From Macrostomum lignano (lineage: Eukaryota), in NCBI GenBank assembly GCA_002269645.1, contig NIVC01000799.1:154720-218719 (forward strand): a stretch of DNA of 64,000 bases, given 5' to 3'. Positions 22,161-33,489 of this stretch are shown here, piece after piece. Each line of letters starts with the position of its first letter. The first letter of the stretch is position 1. The notes under the pieces were generated by a model, which did not search any database, was not told where the DNA came from, and saw only the letters and a program-made list of their open reading frames with translations. A program made the position numbers and the translations under genes.

Positions 22161-23294
22161 ATGGACTGCGTTGCTGTTCGACTTAAGCCTGGGGAGCTGC
22201 TGCGCGAGTCCCTGATGCAACTGGTGAAAGAGCAGGGCCTGAGCTCTGCTTTTGTTATCAGCTGTGTTGGTAGCCTCACCCAAGCTAGACTGCGCTATGC
22301 CACCTCATCTGATGGTTCTGGCACCAACCCAGTAAGTATTCTGATTTTTCTAAAAAAACTGAAGCACTTGTGATATTATATTTGTCTGAGCAATAAATAA
22401 AAATGAATTGTTGTCTAGATTTTATCTTTGTGTCATAGAATGTGATATAGGAGATCAACTTTAATTTTGACGCGCTGAATTTTGAACCTTAGATGCCATA
22501 TTGGCATCATTTTCCCATCTATATGCCATTTAAATGAAGCTCCATATTTGTCACATTTCATTTACTGCATAAAGAGATAAATAACCTAGCTAATGGTCAC
22601 AAGTCGGGGGAGAGATAAAGAAGAAGAGGGAATAGATAAGAGAAGAGCGGAGAGAGGAGATGAGATATGGGATGAGAGAAGAGAAGAGAGAGAAGATAAG
22701 AAAAAGATAAGGATAAGAGACGGCAGAAGAGAAGACGAAAGCAAAGGAGAGAAGAGGGGCGAGAGGAGAGGAGAAAGAAGAAGATAGAAGAGAGGAGAGA
22801 GGCGAGATCAGATACGAGAGCTAAGAGGAGACCCTGAGCGGGCATGCAGATTGCTATTATGAAGTTTCGCGGGTCGGAGGTTGTCGACCTTTGGTTTAAA
22901 GTATCACTGATTTTATAATTATTGGGATTATTGAAATTTCATTAGTGCTCTTTCAAATTTCTAATTTTCAACTAACGCCAGTTGGCATCCGTTCTATTAT
23001 ATCCGATGGGATAATCTTTTATTGCAGTCCGAACTGCTGCAACGCCACATGGAAATTGTTTCACTAGTTGGCACCATCAGCCAGGGCGGCCAATCGTGCC
23101 ATCTGCATATTTGCCTGTCGGACGAGCACGGCCGTGCGATTGGTGGCCACCTCCTTGGCGACGATATTGTGTACACAACTGCCGAGGTTGTCCTTGGCTG
23201 TCACGCTGGTCTGGTCTTTACCAGGGAGCCGGACCCGGCGACGGCTTTTGACGAATTAGTTGTGACTGCGGCGCCGGCTTTGAAGCCTAAATGA
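22161..23294 (+). CDS. PPC/DUF296-domain protein (AF0104/ALDC/Ptd012-like fold), about 145 aa, 2 exons
   Basis: Exon 1 is 22161-22331 (RLKPGELL..SCVGSLTQARLR, phase-0 donor gtaagt). Exon 2 is 23028-23294 (EIVSLVGTI..HLHICLSD..G..GGHL). Both carry typical DUF296 motifs. Confidence 0.85.
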
Positions 23295-23614
23295 ATATTT
23301 CCTTTGGTGTAAACCAAAATAAATGACGCTTTATTATTGTGCCAATATTTCGCTGTTTTAAAGGTCTCGTACAGTGCAATCAGGTCAGAATTAAATGTAT
23401 AACTAAGCGTTATCACGACACTTCTATCTAGATTTTATACTGCGTTACTAACTTGTATGTACACAAGAAAGCAAATTCCAATATTTCAAATGCCAGAAAC
23501 GATGCAACTGCAATAAAGATAATTACCTATCTAATTTATGCTTACTTACTATTTTATTAAGCAAGCTACAAAACGGTGTATTTTTACTACTTTATTCTCT
23601 GCTTTAGACTAAAA

Positions 23615-23945
23615 GTGGGTTGTAGCCTAGTGGTCAGAGCGTCGGACTCACGACTTGAAGGTCGGGGGTTCGATTCCCGATCCTACTGAAACAATTTGTA
23701 TCCTTGAGCAAGAAATTAAACTCTGCATTGCTTCAGTTCACCCAGCTGTAAAATGGGTGCCAGCATTAGCTGGGGTAATTGAGGGTGTGTGGCGACCCCC
23801 CCCCCCAGTCCTTGGACTGAACAGCCGTACGCAGCCTTCAGATGCGCCGGGCAATAGCTGCGGCTGAGCTGTCGGTTGCACACATCTGCTCATTAAGGCC
23901 CATTAAGACAGGTGTAATCAATTATTATTATTATTATTATTATTA
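23615..23945 (+). mobile_element. tRNA-derived SINE with a Nin/Deu-like core and (ATT)n tail
   Basis: A box TAGCCTAGTGG (23623), B box GGTTCGATTCC (23667), core ccttgagcaag..cttcagttcacccagctgtaaaatggg, and an ATT tail. A second copy lies at 37490-37770. Confidence 0.75.
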
Positions 23946-25256
23946 TATTATTTAGACTAACCAATTGAAATTTCGGATACTCTGAATCTAAAGCGACTTT
24001 TGTCATTTAAAATTTTTTAACTTACATGTAGTAGATTGGCGTTAATCAATAACTACCCCTGCCCGTAGGTCTACTTAATTTCAGCTAATTAAATGTTAAA
24101 TCTACATAAAATTTGAACAAGGATTGTTCGAGTGACAGAATTTGAGAATTACTACGTTTAATTTTTGGAAATGTTTAGAAAGGCAGGTTTTACCGAAAAA
24201 ATACGTCTATCTATGCATGCTCAGCTATATATAAGTTATAACTTTATAATCTGCAATCTATAATTAATAGCCTTCATTAAACCAGAGAATAAAAGGCTTC
24301 AATTTTTAGGCTAAGTACTCTCCTACATGTATAGGCCATATTTATGAAAAAGCTTAATTTTTTAGTAAGTCTAGTCAATTTAATTAACTTCGAATCCTTA
24401 TCTTTTAAACAAAAAAACTCTATGAACATCAATTAGAGCTAGCTATAAGAAAGGCAAGTCATATATCAGAAGATGTACGCTAGGATCTGTCTCCTGTGAA
24501 AAGCAACGACAAATTTTGAAACGTAGTTTTCCATCCTGCTTCAGTAGTCCCCGAGTTGAAGCTTTCTATTTTAAGCTTTTTACGTTCGCTTTCGAAGATT
24601 AATATTGGAGCAATGTCTGCAGTTTCGCGAATAACCGCTCGACACGCGCCTAAGCTAGTAGGCCAGCGGTGCAGAGTGCAGCGAGAAAAAGACGACCATC
24701 GACCTCCCACTCCCCTAGCCTCTGGCGTTCACTGACTTAAAGTTATCTGTTACTACTGTAAATTGTGCTGAAGGACAGCCTTTTCGCTACGGGGTACGTG
24801 TTTGCGTAGTACCTCATGTATATTTCACGGCTTAAAGTATATAACAAACTTATTTAGTAAAACACATCTTAGATTTAAAAAATAAAAACTAATGTATAAC
24901 AGTTGCTGGATTTATTTTCGAAACGAAAATTAAACTGAAGCATTTATTCAACAAATCATATTTATGATTGCGATGAAATAAAATTTCGTCATTTTTCTTG
25001 ACCTGGCCTGCCTCTTCTAGATCATCAAATAAATACGTTAAGATTACATACATAGATAAAGTATCTTGTTAATAAACTTCAATCCAATCGACCGACCTAT
25101 TGTAATATAACGATTTATTAATTAATTTGAGCAAATTAGTGATATCTAATAAGTTTTAGTTGAAATAAGTCAAGTAAAGTATCACTTTTTGGATAAAAAA
25201 GCAAGCTTGATTTTTTTTGATTTCGTGTGACAGACAGACAGGCTTTGGAATTAACT

Positions 25257-28200
25257 ATGGACATGGAGGAATCATCTGAACCAGTAAGTGTATACTAGCA
25301 GCCTACCAATTCATTTATTGAGGTATAAGCAGTGGTGTTGGAGCCAGTAGTGGATCCAGAAAATTTTGAATTGGGGGCACAGACTACTAAGCCAGGTACA
25401 TATATATGCATATCATGTACAAGTATTATATACATGATAATGTGTATTTTACATATAAAAAACTCGATGGGGTAGGCGCACCTTGTGCACCCCCTCTAAA
25501 TCTGCTATTGGTTAGAGCATATTTCAAATTGGGAGGGGCCATTGTTGTATTGATGTGAGGGCACATTGCATGGCTCTGGCTGAAGTCATCATATTTGAGA
25601 TTGTCATATTTGGTTACAAGAAAAACAACTAAATTATATAAATCATGATTGTCTTAGCATTAGGCAATACTGCATTCACTAAATCATTATATTATATTTC
25701 ATTGGCTGCGCAAGGATATGGGCTCTCATAGCAGCAATATGTTCTTATTTGCCAACAAAATGATTTTCAACTGTAAATTACATTCATACCATTCACTTAA
25801 AAGATAGGCCTATAAAAGCCTTGTACTAATTCCTATATTAAAGTTAATACTAATAGTCTAACTGAATATTTAAGTTTTAATTAAGAATGATAGAAAGATT
25901 GCCTTGAAATGGTTTGATAGGCTAGGGCCTAACTCTATAATTAGAAGCAGATGTATTTTTTAAACTTGAGTCAAGTTATATTATTTTTTAGCTATTATAA
26001 AAATTTGCTTCAACTTATTCTAGGGTCCTATATTTTTTGTTTCATTTGGTTTCATTTTCAAGAAACTTAATGAATTCATGATATTCAAATGTTAACATCT
26101 TATGGATTGCCCCAACCAAGTTTTCATCTTTATATGATAATTTAGAATATAACAATTTTGACCATATCCCATTGTACATGTCAATGTGCTCAAGCAAGTT
26201 AATGTGCCTTTAGATTAGCCTAAAAATGTATATCTTTAATTTACAAAATGGCATTCTTTCATTTTATGATCACTTAGCACTGTCCCTATGGGAGTCGGGA
26301 CTTTCGTTATACAATCCCCCCACAGAGGACAGAAAATTGCTCTTAAAATCAAACTTCAAAATGGGACCACTTCTGTGTCATTTTAATATAAAATATTGTG
26401 TCTTATAGAAGTTAGAAGCCTATCCTTATATTTACTTTTGTTATGCGATCATTTAAATGGTGAATTTATATGCAGATAATTGCAAGACGAAACCAAAAGA
26501 GCTTGTAGATTTCGACTTACAATCACACCAATAGTAAAATTGTATTGGAAAGATTGTATGACAAAATGGTAGGAAATTGTCACTATAATAGACGTTTCAA
26601 CCAAACAATCAATTGCAGCCTCTAATATGTCTACAAACTGAAAGCCCCCTGGCTCTTTTTACATGGCTCTTTTTGTATGCCTTTTTGGGCACCGCCGCCG
26701 CCCTATGCCCCCCTTCATTTTCGTCATACGTTCACCCCTCAATATAACACATAGGTCTAATGAACTGGGGGGATTTTATGACAAAAGTGAGGGGGTGGCG
26801 CTTGTGAATCTTATAATGAATACAATTTTATTCTTGAACCCTGTAGATCAATGATGGAGATCAATGTAGCAGTTCGTATCTTAAGTTGTCGTGAACTAGT
26901 GCAACTTCACCAGGGATGTAATGTGTAATCCATTTACTTTCGTCATACAATCCCTTTAATATAATTCTATCAATGCGGTGATCATAATTCAAAACCTACA
27001 AGCTCTTTCAGTTTTGTCTTGTGAATATAATATAAGTTAAGATAATATAAGAACATATAAGTTCACCATTTAAATGATCATATGACGAAAGTGAATATAA
27101 GCTATGTGCTTTCATAACTAATGCTATGCCCACGATCCTCAAGTTGATTGAAAAGTGAGTTGCAGTGATGAATTAGGTTGACTGGAAAGTGAGTTGCAAT
27201 GATTTTGTTCTTGGAAAATAAATGTGAAACATACTTTTTGATAAACTAAAGTGTCTTTTTTGACTCTTTTTAATGGGGATCGTAAGACAAAACTTGACCT
27301 TATCAGGGATTGTAAAACAAAAGAATGCCTACAAAATTAATGATTTTTCAATTACAAAAGCCAATCCTATATACTAAAAATGGTCTGTCTGTGTCTATCT
27401 ATCTATCTATCTATCTATCTATGTGATCGATTAGAGAAAAAATGGCTGGACCGATTTTGTTCGAACTTGCACTGTTCGATCAGAAATTTTCCCGTGACGG
27501 TACATGCATCGTGGCTAAGAAATTGCTCAATGCTAAAGGCATTAAATATTCGAAAAACATGCTTTTTTGCAAAGGTCAAGCAAACTTTTTGACTTGAAAT
27601 GCATTGTAAGAATGCTAGAGAAAAAACTGACTGGTTGAATTCTGACTCTGAAATAGATTGCATCATAACTGAATTGTAACTCCGACTTGAATTGAAAATG
27701 CAGTGTGGAAGCGTAGCACCAGACTTGATTTAAATTGCGTAACCATATTGTTAACTGATACTGACTGACTGAGAAATTGATTATGTCATAACTGCTTCGT
27801 GTGATTTACTCTATGCTTGGATTTTAAAATGTTGAATTATATAAGTGCAAAATTTGATGTTATCAAAACGATGAGAGCTAGCGTAGAGGTGAACAAACTG
27901 AACTGCTAAATGCAGCGACGATGGTTCGAATTTTCATAGAGTATAATTTTTTTAATTAAAGCTTTTCAACGTCAGGAAAACTAAAAGACTTTTTTAAAAG
28001 AAGCGTCATGTAATGAATCATAGAAGCGTCATGTAAACAATCATAGAAGCGTCATGTAAACAATCATAAAAGCGTCATTTAAAAAATCATAGAAGCGTCA
28101 TGTAAAAAATCATAGAAGCGTCATGTAAAAAATCATAGAAGCGTCACGTAAAAAATCATAGAAGCGTCATGTAAAAATCGTAGAAGCGTTATATAAAAAT

Positions 28201-31200
28201 CATAGAAGCGTCATGTACACAATCATAGAAGCGTCAAGTAAACAATCATAGAAGCGTCATGTAAACAATCATAGAAGCGTCATGTAAAAAATCATAGAAG
28301 CGTCATGTAAACAATCATAGAAGCGTCATGTATACAATCATAGAAGCGTCATGTAAAAAATCATAGAAGCGTCATGTAAAAAATCATAGAAGCGTCATAT
28401 AAACAATCATAGAAGCGTCATATAAACAATCATAGAAGCGTCATATTAAAATCATAGAAGCGTCATATAAACAATCATAGAAGCGTCATGTAAAAAATCA
28501 TAGAAGCGTCATGTAAACAATCATAGAAGCGTCATGTAAACAATCATAGAAGTGTCATATAAACAATCATAGAAGCGTCATGTAAACAATCATAGAAGCG
28601 TCATGTAAACAATCATAGAAGCGTCATTTAAAACTCATAGAAGCGTCATGTGAACAATCATAGAAGCGTCATGTATACAATCATAGAAGCGTCATGTAAA
28701 AAATCATAGAAGCGTCATGTAAACAATCATAGAAGCGTCATGTATACAATCATAGAAGCGTCATGTAAAAAATCATAGAAGCGTCATATAAACAATCATA
28801 GAAGCGTCATATAAACAATCATAGAAGCGTCATATAAACAATCATAGAAGCGTCATATTAAAATCATAGAAGCGTCATATAAACAATCATAGAAGCGTCA
28901 TGTGAAAAATCATAGAAGCGTCATGTAAACAATCATAGAAGCGTCATGTAAACAATCATAGAAGTGTCATATAAACAATCATAGAAGCGTCATGTAAACA
29001 ATCATAGAAGCGTCATGTAAACAATCATAGAAGCGTCATTTAAAACTCATAGAAGCGTCATGTGAACAATCATAGAAGCGTCATGTAAAAAATCATAGAA
29101 GCGTCATGTAAAAAATCGTAGAAGCGTCATGTAGAAAATCATAGAAGCGTCATGTAAAAAATCATAGAAGCGTCATGTAAAAATCATAAAAGCGTCATGT
29201 AAAAATCGTAGAAGCGTCATATAAAAATCATAGAAGCGTCATATAAAAATCAAAAAAACGTCATTAAAAATTAATGAAAGCGTCATTTAAAAATTTAAGA
29301 AGCATCATGGTAGAATTAAAGAAACGTCATGTCAGACATGAAGGGTGTCATGGAAAAATTAAATGCAGCTATAATGCTGTGCTGGGGAGAAAAACTGAGA
29401 CGTCAAGGCTCTCAGAAAATAACTGAGATTACGGGGGGGGGGTTTCTGAGATGTCAAAGCAAAAGTCAGAAGCTAATTCAAAGTTCATGTACTTTACTCA
29501 ATTTTTTTATTGCATTCTTTGTTGGCTCGCCACGGGGGGGGCGCTGATAGAAGAAGAGTCATGTAAAAAATCATAGAAGCGTCATTTAAAAATCAAAAAA
29601 ACGTCATTTAAAAAATCATAGAAGCGTCATGTAAACAATCATAGAAGCGTCATATAAAAATCATAGAAGCGTCATGTAATGAATCATAGAAGCGTCATGT
29701 AAACAATCATAGAAGCGTCATGTAAACAATCATAGAAGCGTCATGTAAAAAATCATAGAAGCGTCATGTAAACAATCATAGAAGCGTCATGTAAAAATCA
29801 TAGAAGCGTCATGTAAACAATCATAGAAGCGTCATGTAATGAATCATAGAAGCGTCATGTAATGAATCATAGAAGCGTCATGTAAACAATCATAGAAGCG
29901 TCATGTAATGAATCATAGAAGCGTCATGTAAAAAATCATAGAAGCGTCATGTAATGAATCATAGAAGCGTCATGTAAACAATCATAGAAGCGTCATGTAA
30001 TGAATCATAGAAGCGTCATGTAAACAATCATAGAAGCGTCATGTAAACAATCAGAGAAGCGTCATGTAAAAAATCGTAGAAGCGTCATGTAAACAATCAT
30101 AGAAGCGTCATGTAAAAATCATAGAAGCGTCATGTAAACAATCATAGAAGCGTCATGTAAACAATCATGGAAGCGTCATGTAAACAATCATAGAAGCGTC
30201 GTGAAAAAATCATAGAAGCGTCATTTAAAAACTAATGAAAGTGTCATTTAAAAAATTAAGAAGCATCATGGTAGAATAAAAGAAGCGTCATGTCAGACAT
30301 GAAGGGTGTCATGGAAAAATTAAATGCAGCTATAATGCTGTGCTGGGGAGAAAAACTGAGACGTCAAGGCTCACAGAAAATAACTGAGATTACGGGGGGG
30401 GGGGTTTCTGAGATGTCAAAGCAAAAGTCAGAAGCTACTTCAAAGTACATGTACTTTACTCAATTTTTTTATTGCATTCTTTGTTGGCTCGCCACGGGGG
30501 GGGGCGCTGATAGAAGAAGAGTTATGTAAAAAATAAAAGTAGCACTATGCATACATAAAAGAAAAGTCATGTCAAAGTTAAAAGATTCATTTGGGAATTG
30601 CTACGATGTCAAAGCTAGGTGGAAATCGTTATAGTGCTGTGATTCTTAAAGAAGGAATCACTAAAATGTCAAGGCTTAGGGGAGAAGAATTGCTGAGATT
30701 TCAAGGCTTTAGGTTGGGTTAAAGTTAGGTTTAGGTCAGGTGTGGGTTGAGGGTTATATTTTATCGGGTTTCAAGGTTAACGGGGGATTTTTCAGATTTC
30801 AAGGTTTATGGGGGGCATCGCTGACATGTCAAGGCTTACGGGGGGATAGCTGAGAGATGTCAAGGCTCACGGGGGTATAAATGAGATTTCAAGGATAAAG
30901 TCAGAAGCTACATGTAGTTTATTGAAAACTTTTTATTACATTATTTGATGCCTCCTCAGGGGAGGGATCGCTGATAAAAAAGCGTAATGTAAAAAATAAA
31001 AGAAGCTTCATGTCGAAGTTAAGAGATTCATTTGGGAATCCATTGCATTGCTGAGATGTCAAGGGGGGAGTTGATATGTTAAAGCTTGTGGGGGGGGATT
31101 ACTGACATGTCAAGGCTTACAAGGTTTGACAGGAGATTTTTTAAGATTTCAAGGATACATGTAGCTTATTAAAGAAACGTGTATTGCATTTCTTTGGCTC

Positions 31201-33143
31201 CCCAACGGGGGGCGTAGATTGCTAGTTTTTACTAAAAATTACTTTTAATTTTGATATTAAAAATTATTGTCTCTAGTATTTGGTTTAATGATAAATACTA
31301 AATAACAGCAACATATTCAATGAAAATATTGATACATTTTAAAACAATAGACAATCAATTACTAATTAGTAAAACTGATGAATAGACAGTCCTATATATA
31401 TATATATATATATATAAGCTGCAGTAATGAAGGCATAGTAGGCATATCTATCTTCTTTGACTAACCACTCACTAAGTCTACCCATTTGTCTAATAGTCTA
31501 ACTTTGTACCAAAGACATATTTTAAGCCATGTCATTTTATGCTTATTTACAAAAATAATTTTGAAGTTTGCATTTTTAGATATAGGCAAAATGACATTGG
31601 TATCAAAAAGCATCATAGATACATCTTGAACTGGCATTTAAATTAGCTAATAAGTGAACCAATTATTGAATCAATATTTACTATATTTATACTGCTTCTT
31701 GCTAGAATGTTGCATGCTTGTTTTTGGGCCATAGACAAAATTCATAGAAAAAGCTATAGATAGAAGCCATAGACTCTAAGTATTTTTACTCTTCAAATTT
31801 ACACATAGCATGAACAAATCCAATCTAGTTTAGTTCATCTTCTAGAATATTATGATATTATTTTTAGCTTACCCTTCAACCATTTATTTGGTTCTATTGC
31901 TAGTTGCAATATAGTCATATTGCAAAGCTATTGTTAAGTGCTCACATTACAAATAGTATGTCTTACATTAGAAAGATAGCAAAAACACATGCATTTTGAG
32001 CCTCACTGCTAGTTGTCTATAGTAAAGAGTATGTCAAATCCGCAGGCAATTAATTCCTTGGAGAAATCATTTAAGCACTATCTTGCTTGGCCTTTTCATT
32101 TATTTCATGCATGCCTCCAACCAAACCAACCAGGAAGCTCCATATGAAAAAGTTACAATATAGAACAAGGTTCAGCAAGAAAAAGTTCACTTAACAAAAC
32201 CTGCATATAAAGAAGCACATGACAAAAATTTTTTTGTATGTTTAGACTTCAGTAAGTTACATAATCACCTCCCCAGCGATACAGCCTGTGCGAATTCTTG
32301 CCTGTGTGCTAAGTTGGCAATGCTTCTATTGTTATCGCCTCTGTCAATAGTGTCGATTATCAATCTATGCTTTTCGTCGCTAATCTTCGTTCGTTGCTCT
32401 TTGTTTGCAATGCCTTTCACTCCCCTGTTTGACTCGCGCAGATGTTCGACCCGAGCATAAAAAAGAAGAAGAATAAGAAGAAGGAGCTGGCCGAGGAGAC
32501 CCCAGCAGTGGATGAGGAGCTTGAAGCAGACTTTAACCTCGAAACAAAGAAGAAGAAGAAGCCGCCGAAGGAGCGACCCGCGGCGGCGGCTGAGCAGCCT
32601 GAGGAGGACGGAGGCCAAGGCGCGGCGTCAGCTGTGGAGGGAGATGGAAGCGAGGACAAGGATTACAGCTACAGCGAGCTGCTCAGCCGGGCCTTCCGCG
32701 CCATGATGGAGCGGAACCCGGATATGCTGTCGGAGAAGAAGAAGGTGGTGATGAAGCCTCCGTCTCTGATGCGAGTTGGAACCAAGAAGACCGCCTTTGC
32801 CAACTTCACGGAGATCAGCAAGCAGATTCGAAGGAAGCCGGACCACCTGTTGGCTTACCTTCTAACTGAGCTGGGCACCACCGGGTCGGTTGATGGGAAC
32901 AACCAGCTCATTATTAAGGGCAGATTCCAGACTAAGAACATTGAATCGGTGCTGCGCTCGTACATCAAGGAGTACGTGATGTGCCACACGTGCCGGTCTC
33001 ACGACACTGAGCTCGTTAAGGAGACTCGGCTGTTCTTCCTGCAGTGCAGCACCTGCGGCAGTCGGTGCTCAGTTGCCAGCATCAAGTCTGGATTTCAGGC
33101 CCAGGTGGGCAGGAGAGCTGCGCAGAGGGCCAAGGCCACGTGA
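25257..33143 (+). CDS. EIF2S2: Translation initiation factor eIF2 beta subunit, copy B (about 242 aa)
   Basis: The main exon 32442-33143 is about 99% identical to copy A and follows the acceptor cgcag. A phase-0 micro-exon at 25257-25283 (MDMEESSEP|gtaagt) has its acceptor near 25233, with a candidate non-coding exon donor at 24794. Confidence 0.88.
25345..25510. mobile_element. Degenerate hAT-like MITE
   Basis: cagtagtggatccag...ctaaatctgctattg with an imperfect 8-bp TSD gttggagc/gttagagc. Confidence 0.45.
26420..27105. mobile_element. Degenerate foldback/MITE with long imperfect inverted arms
   Basis: About 150 bp starting gatcatttaaatggtgaa..aagagcttgtag..gattgtatgac recurs in reverse complement at about 26930-27105. 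Confidence 0.55.
28010..30530. repeat. 23-bp satellite in two blocks, each ending in the same ~300-bp tail
   Basis: atcatagaagcgtcatgtaaa(c/a)a units. The tail is duplicated at about 29240-29560 and 30205-30530 (near-identical spurious ORFs at 29329 and 30290). It lies within the eIF2-beta B intron. Confidence 0.9.
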
Positions 33144-33489
33144 CACTGTTAGGGAGAAGAGCTGGATAATGAGGGCATTGCTCTGTGTATGAAGATGGTT
33201 GCTGACTGATTGATTGTCCATGTCTTGTGCTGCATGAACTTGACTGCTGGCGGGTGAACTTTATGTGGCAATGTTGGGCTCAAATATGTACACCAGTTGA
33301 ATGCTTAAGTGTCTGAATGGCAAATATAAGCTGAGAATTCATTGTCAGAAGTGAAGCTGTTAAGTGGATGGGTATAAGTTATCTATTCAGTGCATATTTG
33401 CTGTCAAACTGCAGTAAACTTGCTAGCAAAAATTGGTTGTTGCCTTTATCTAAATTGACCGGCTTCGGAGTCTTAAGACCTGGGTGCGA

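Noticed and set aside
23615-23690. tRNA gene (also 38245-38319 on the minus strand)
   Set aside because: A and B boxes are present, but there is no proper acceptor stem or terminator and the sequence runs into a SINE body and tail.
24480-24710. 76-aa minus-strand ORF in the eIF2-beta B promoter region
   Set aside because: No recognisable motif and no consistent exon chain.
27390-27560. Helitron-like 5' end (TCTA)n..ggctggaccgatt
   Set aside because: No 3' hairpin or CTRR end was found, so it is not enough to call.
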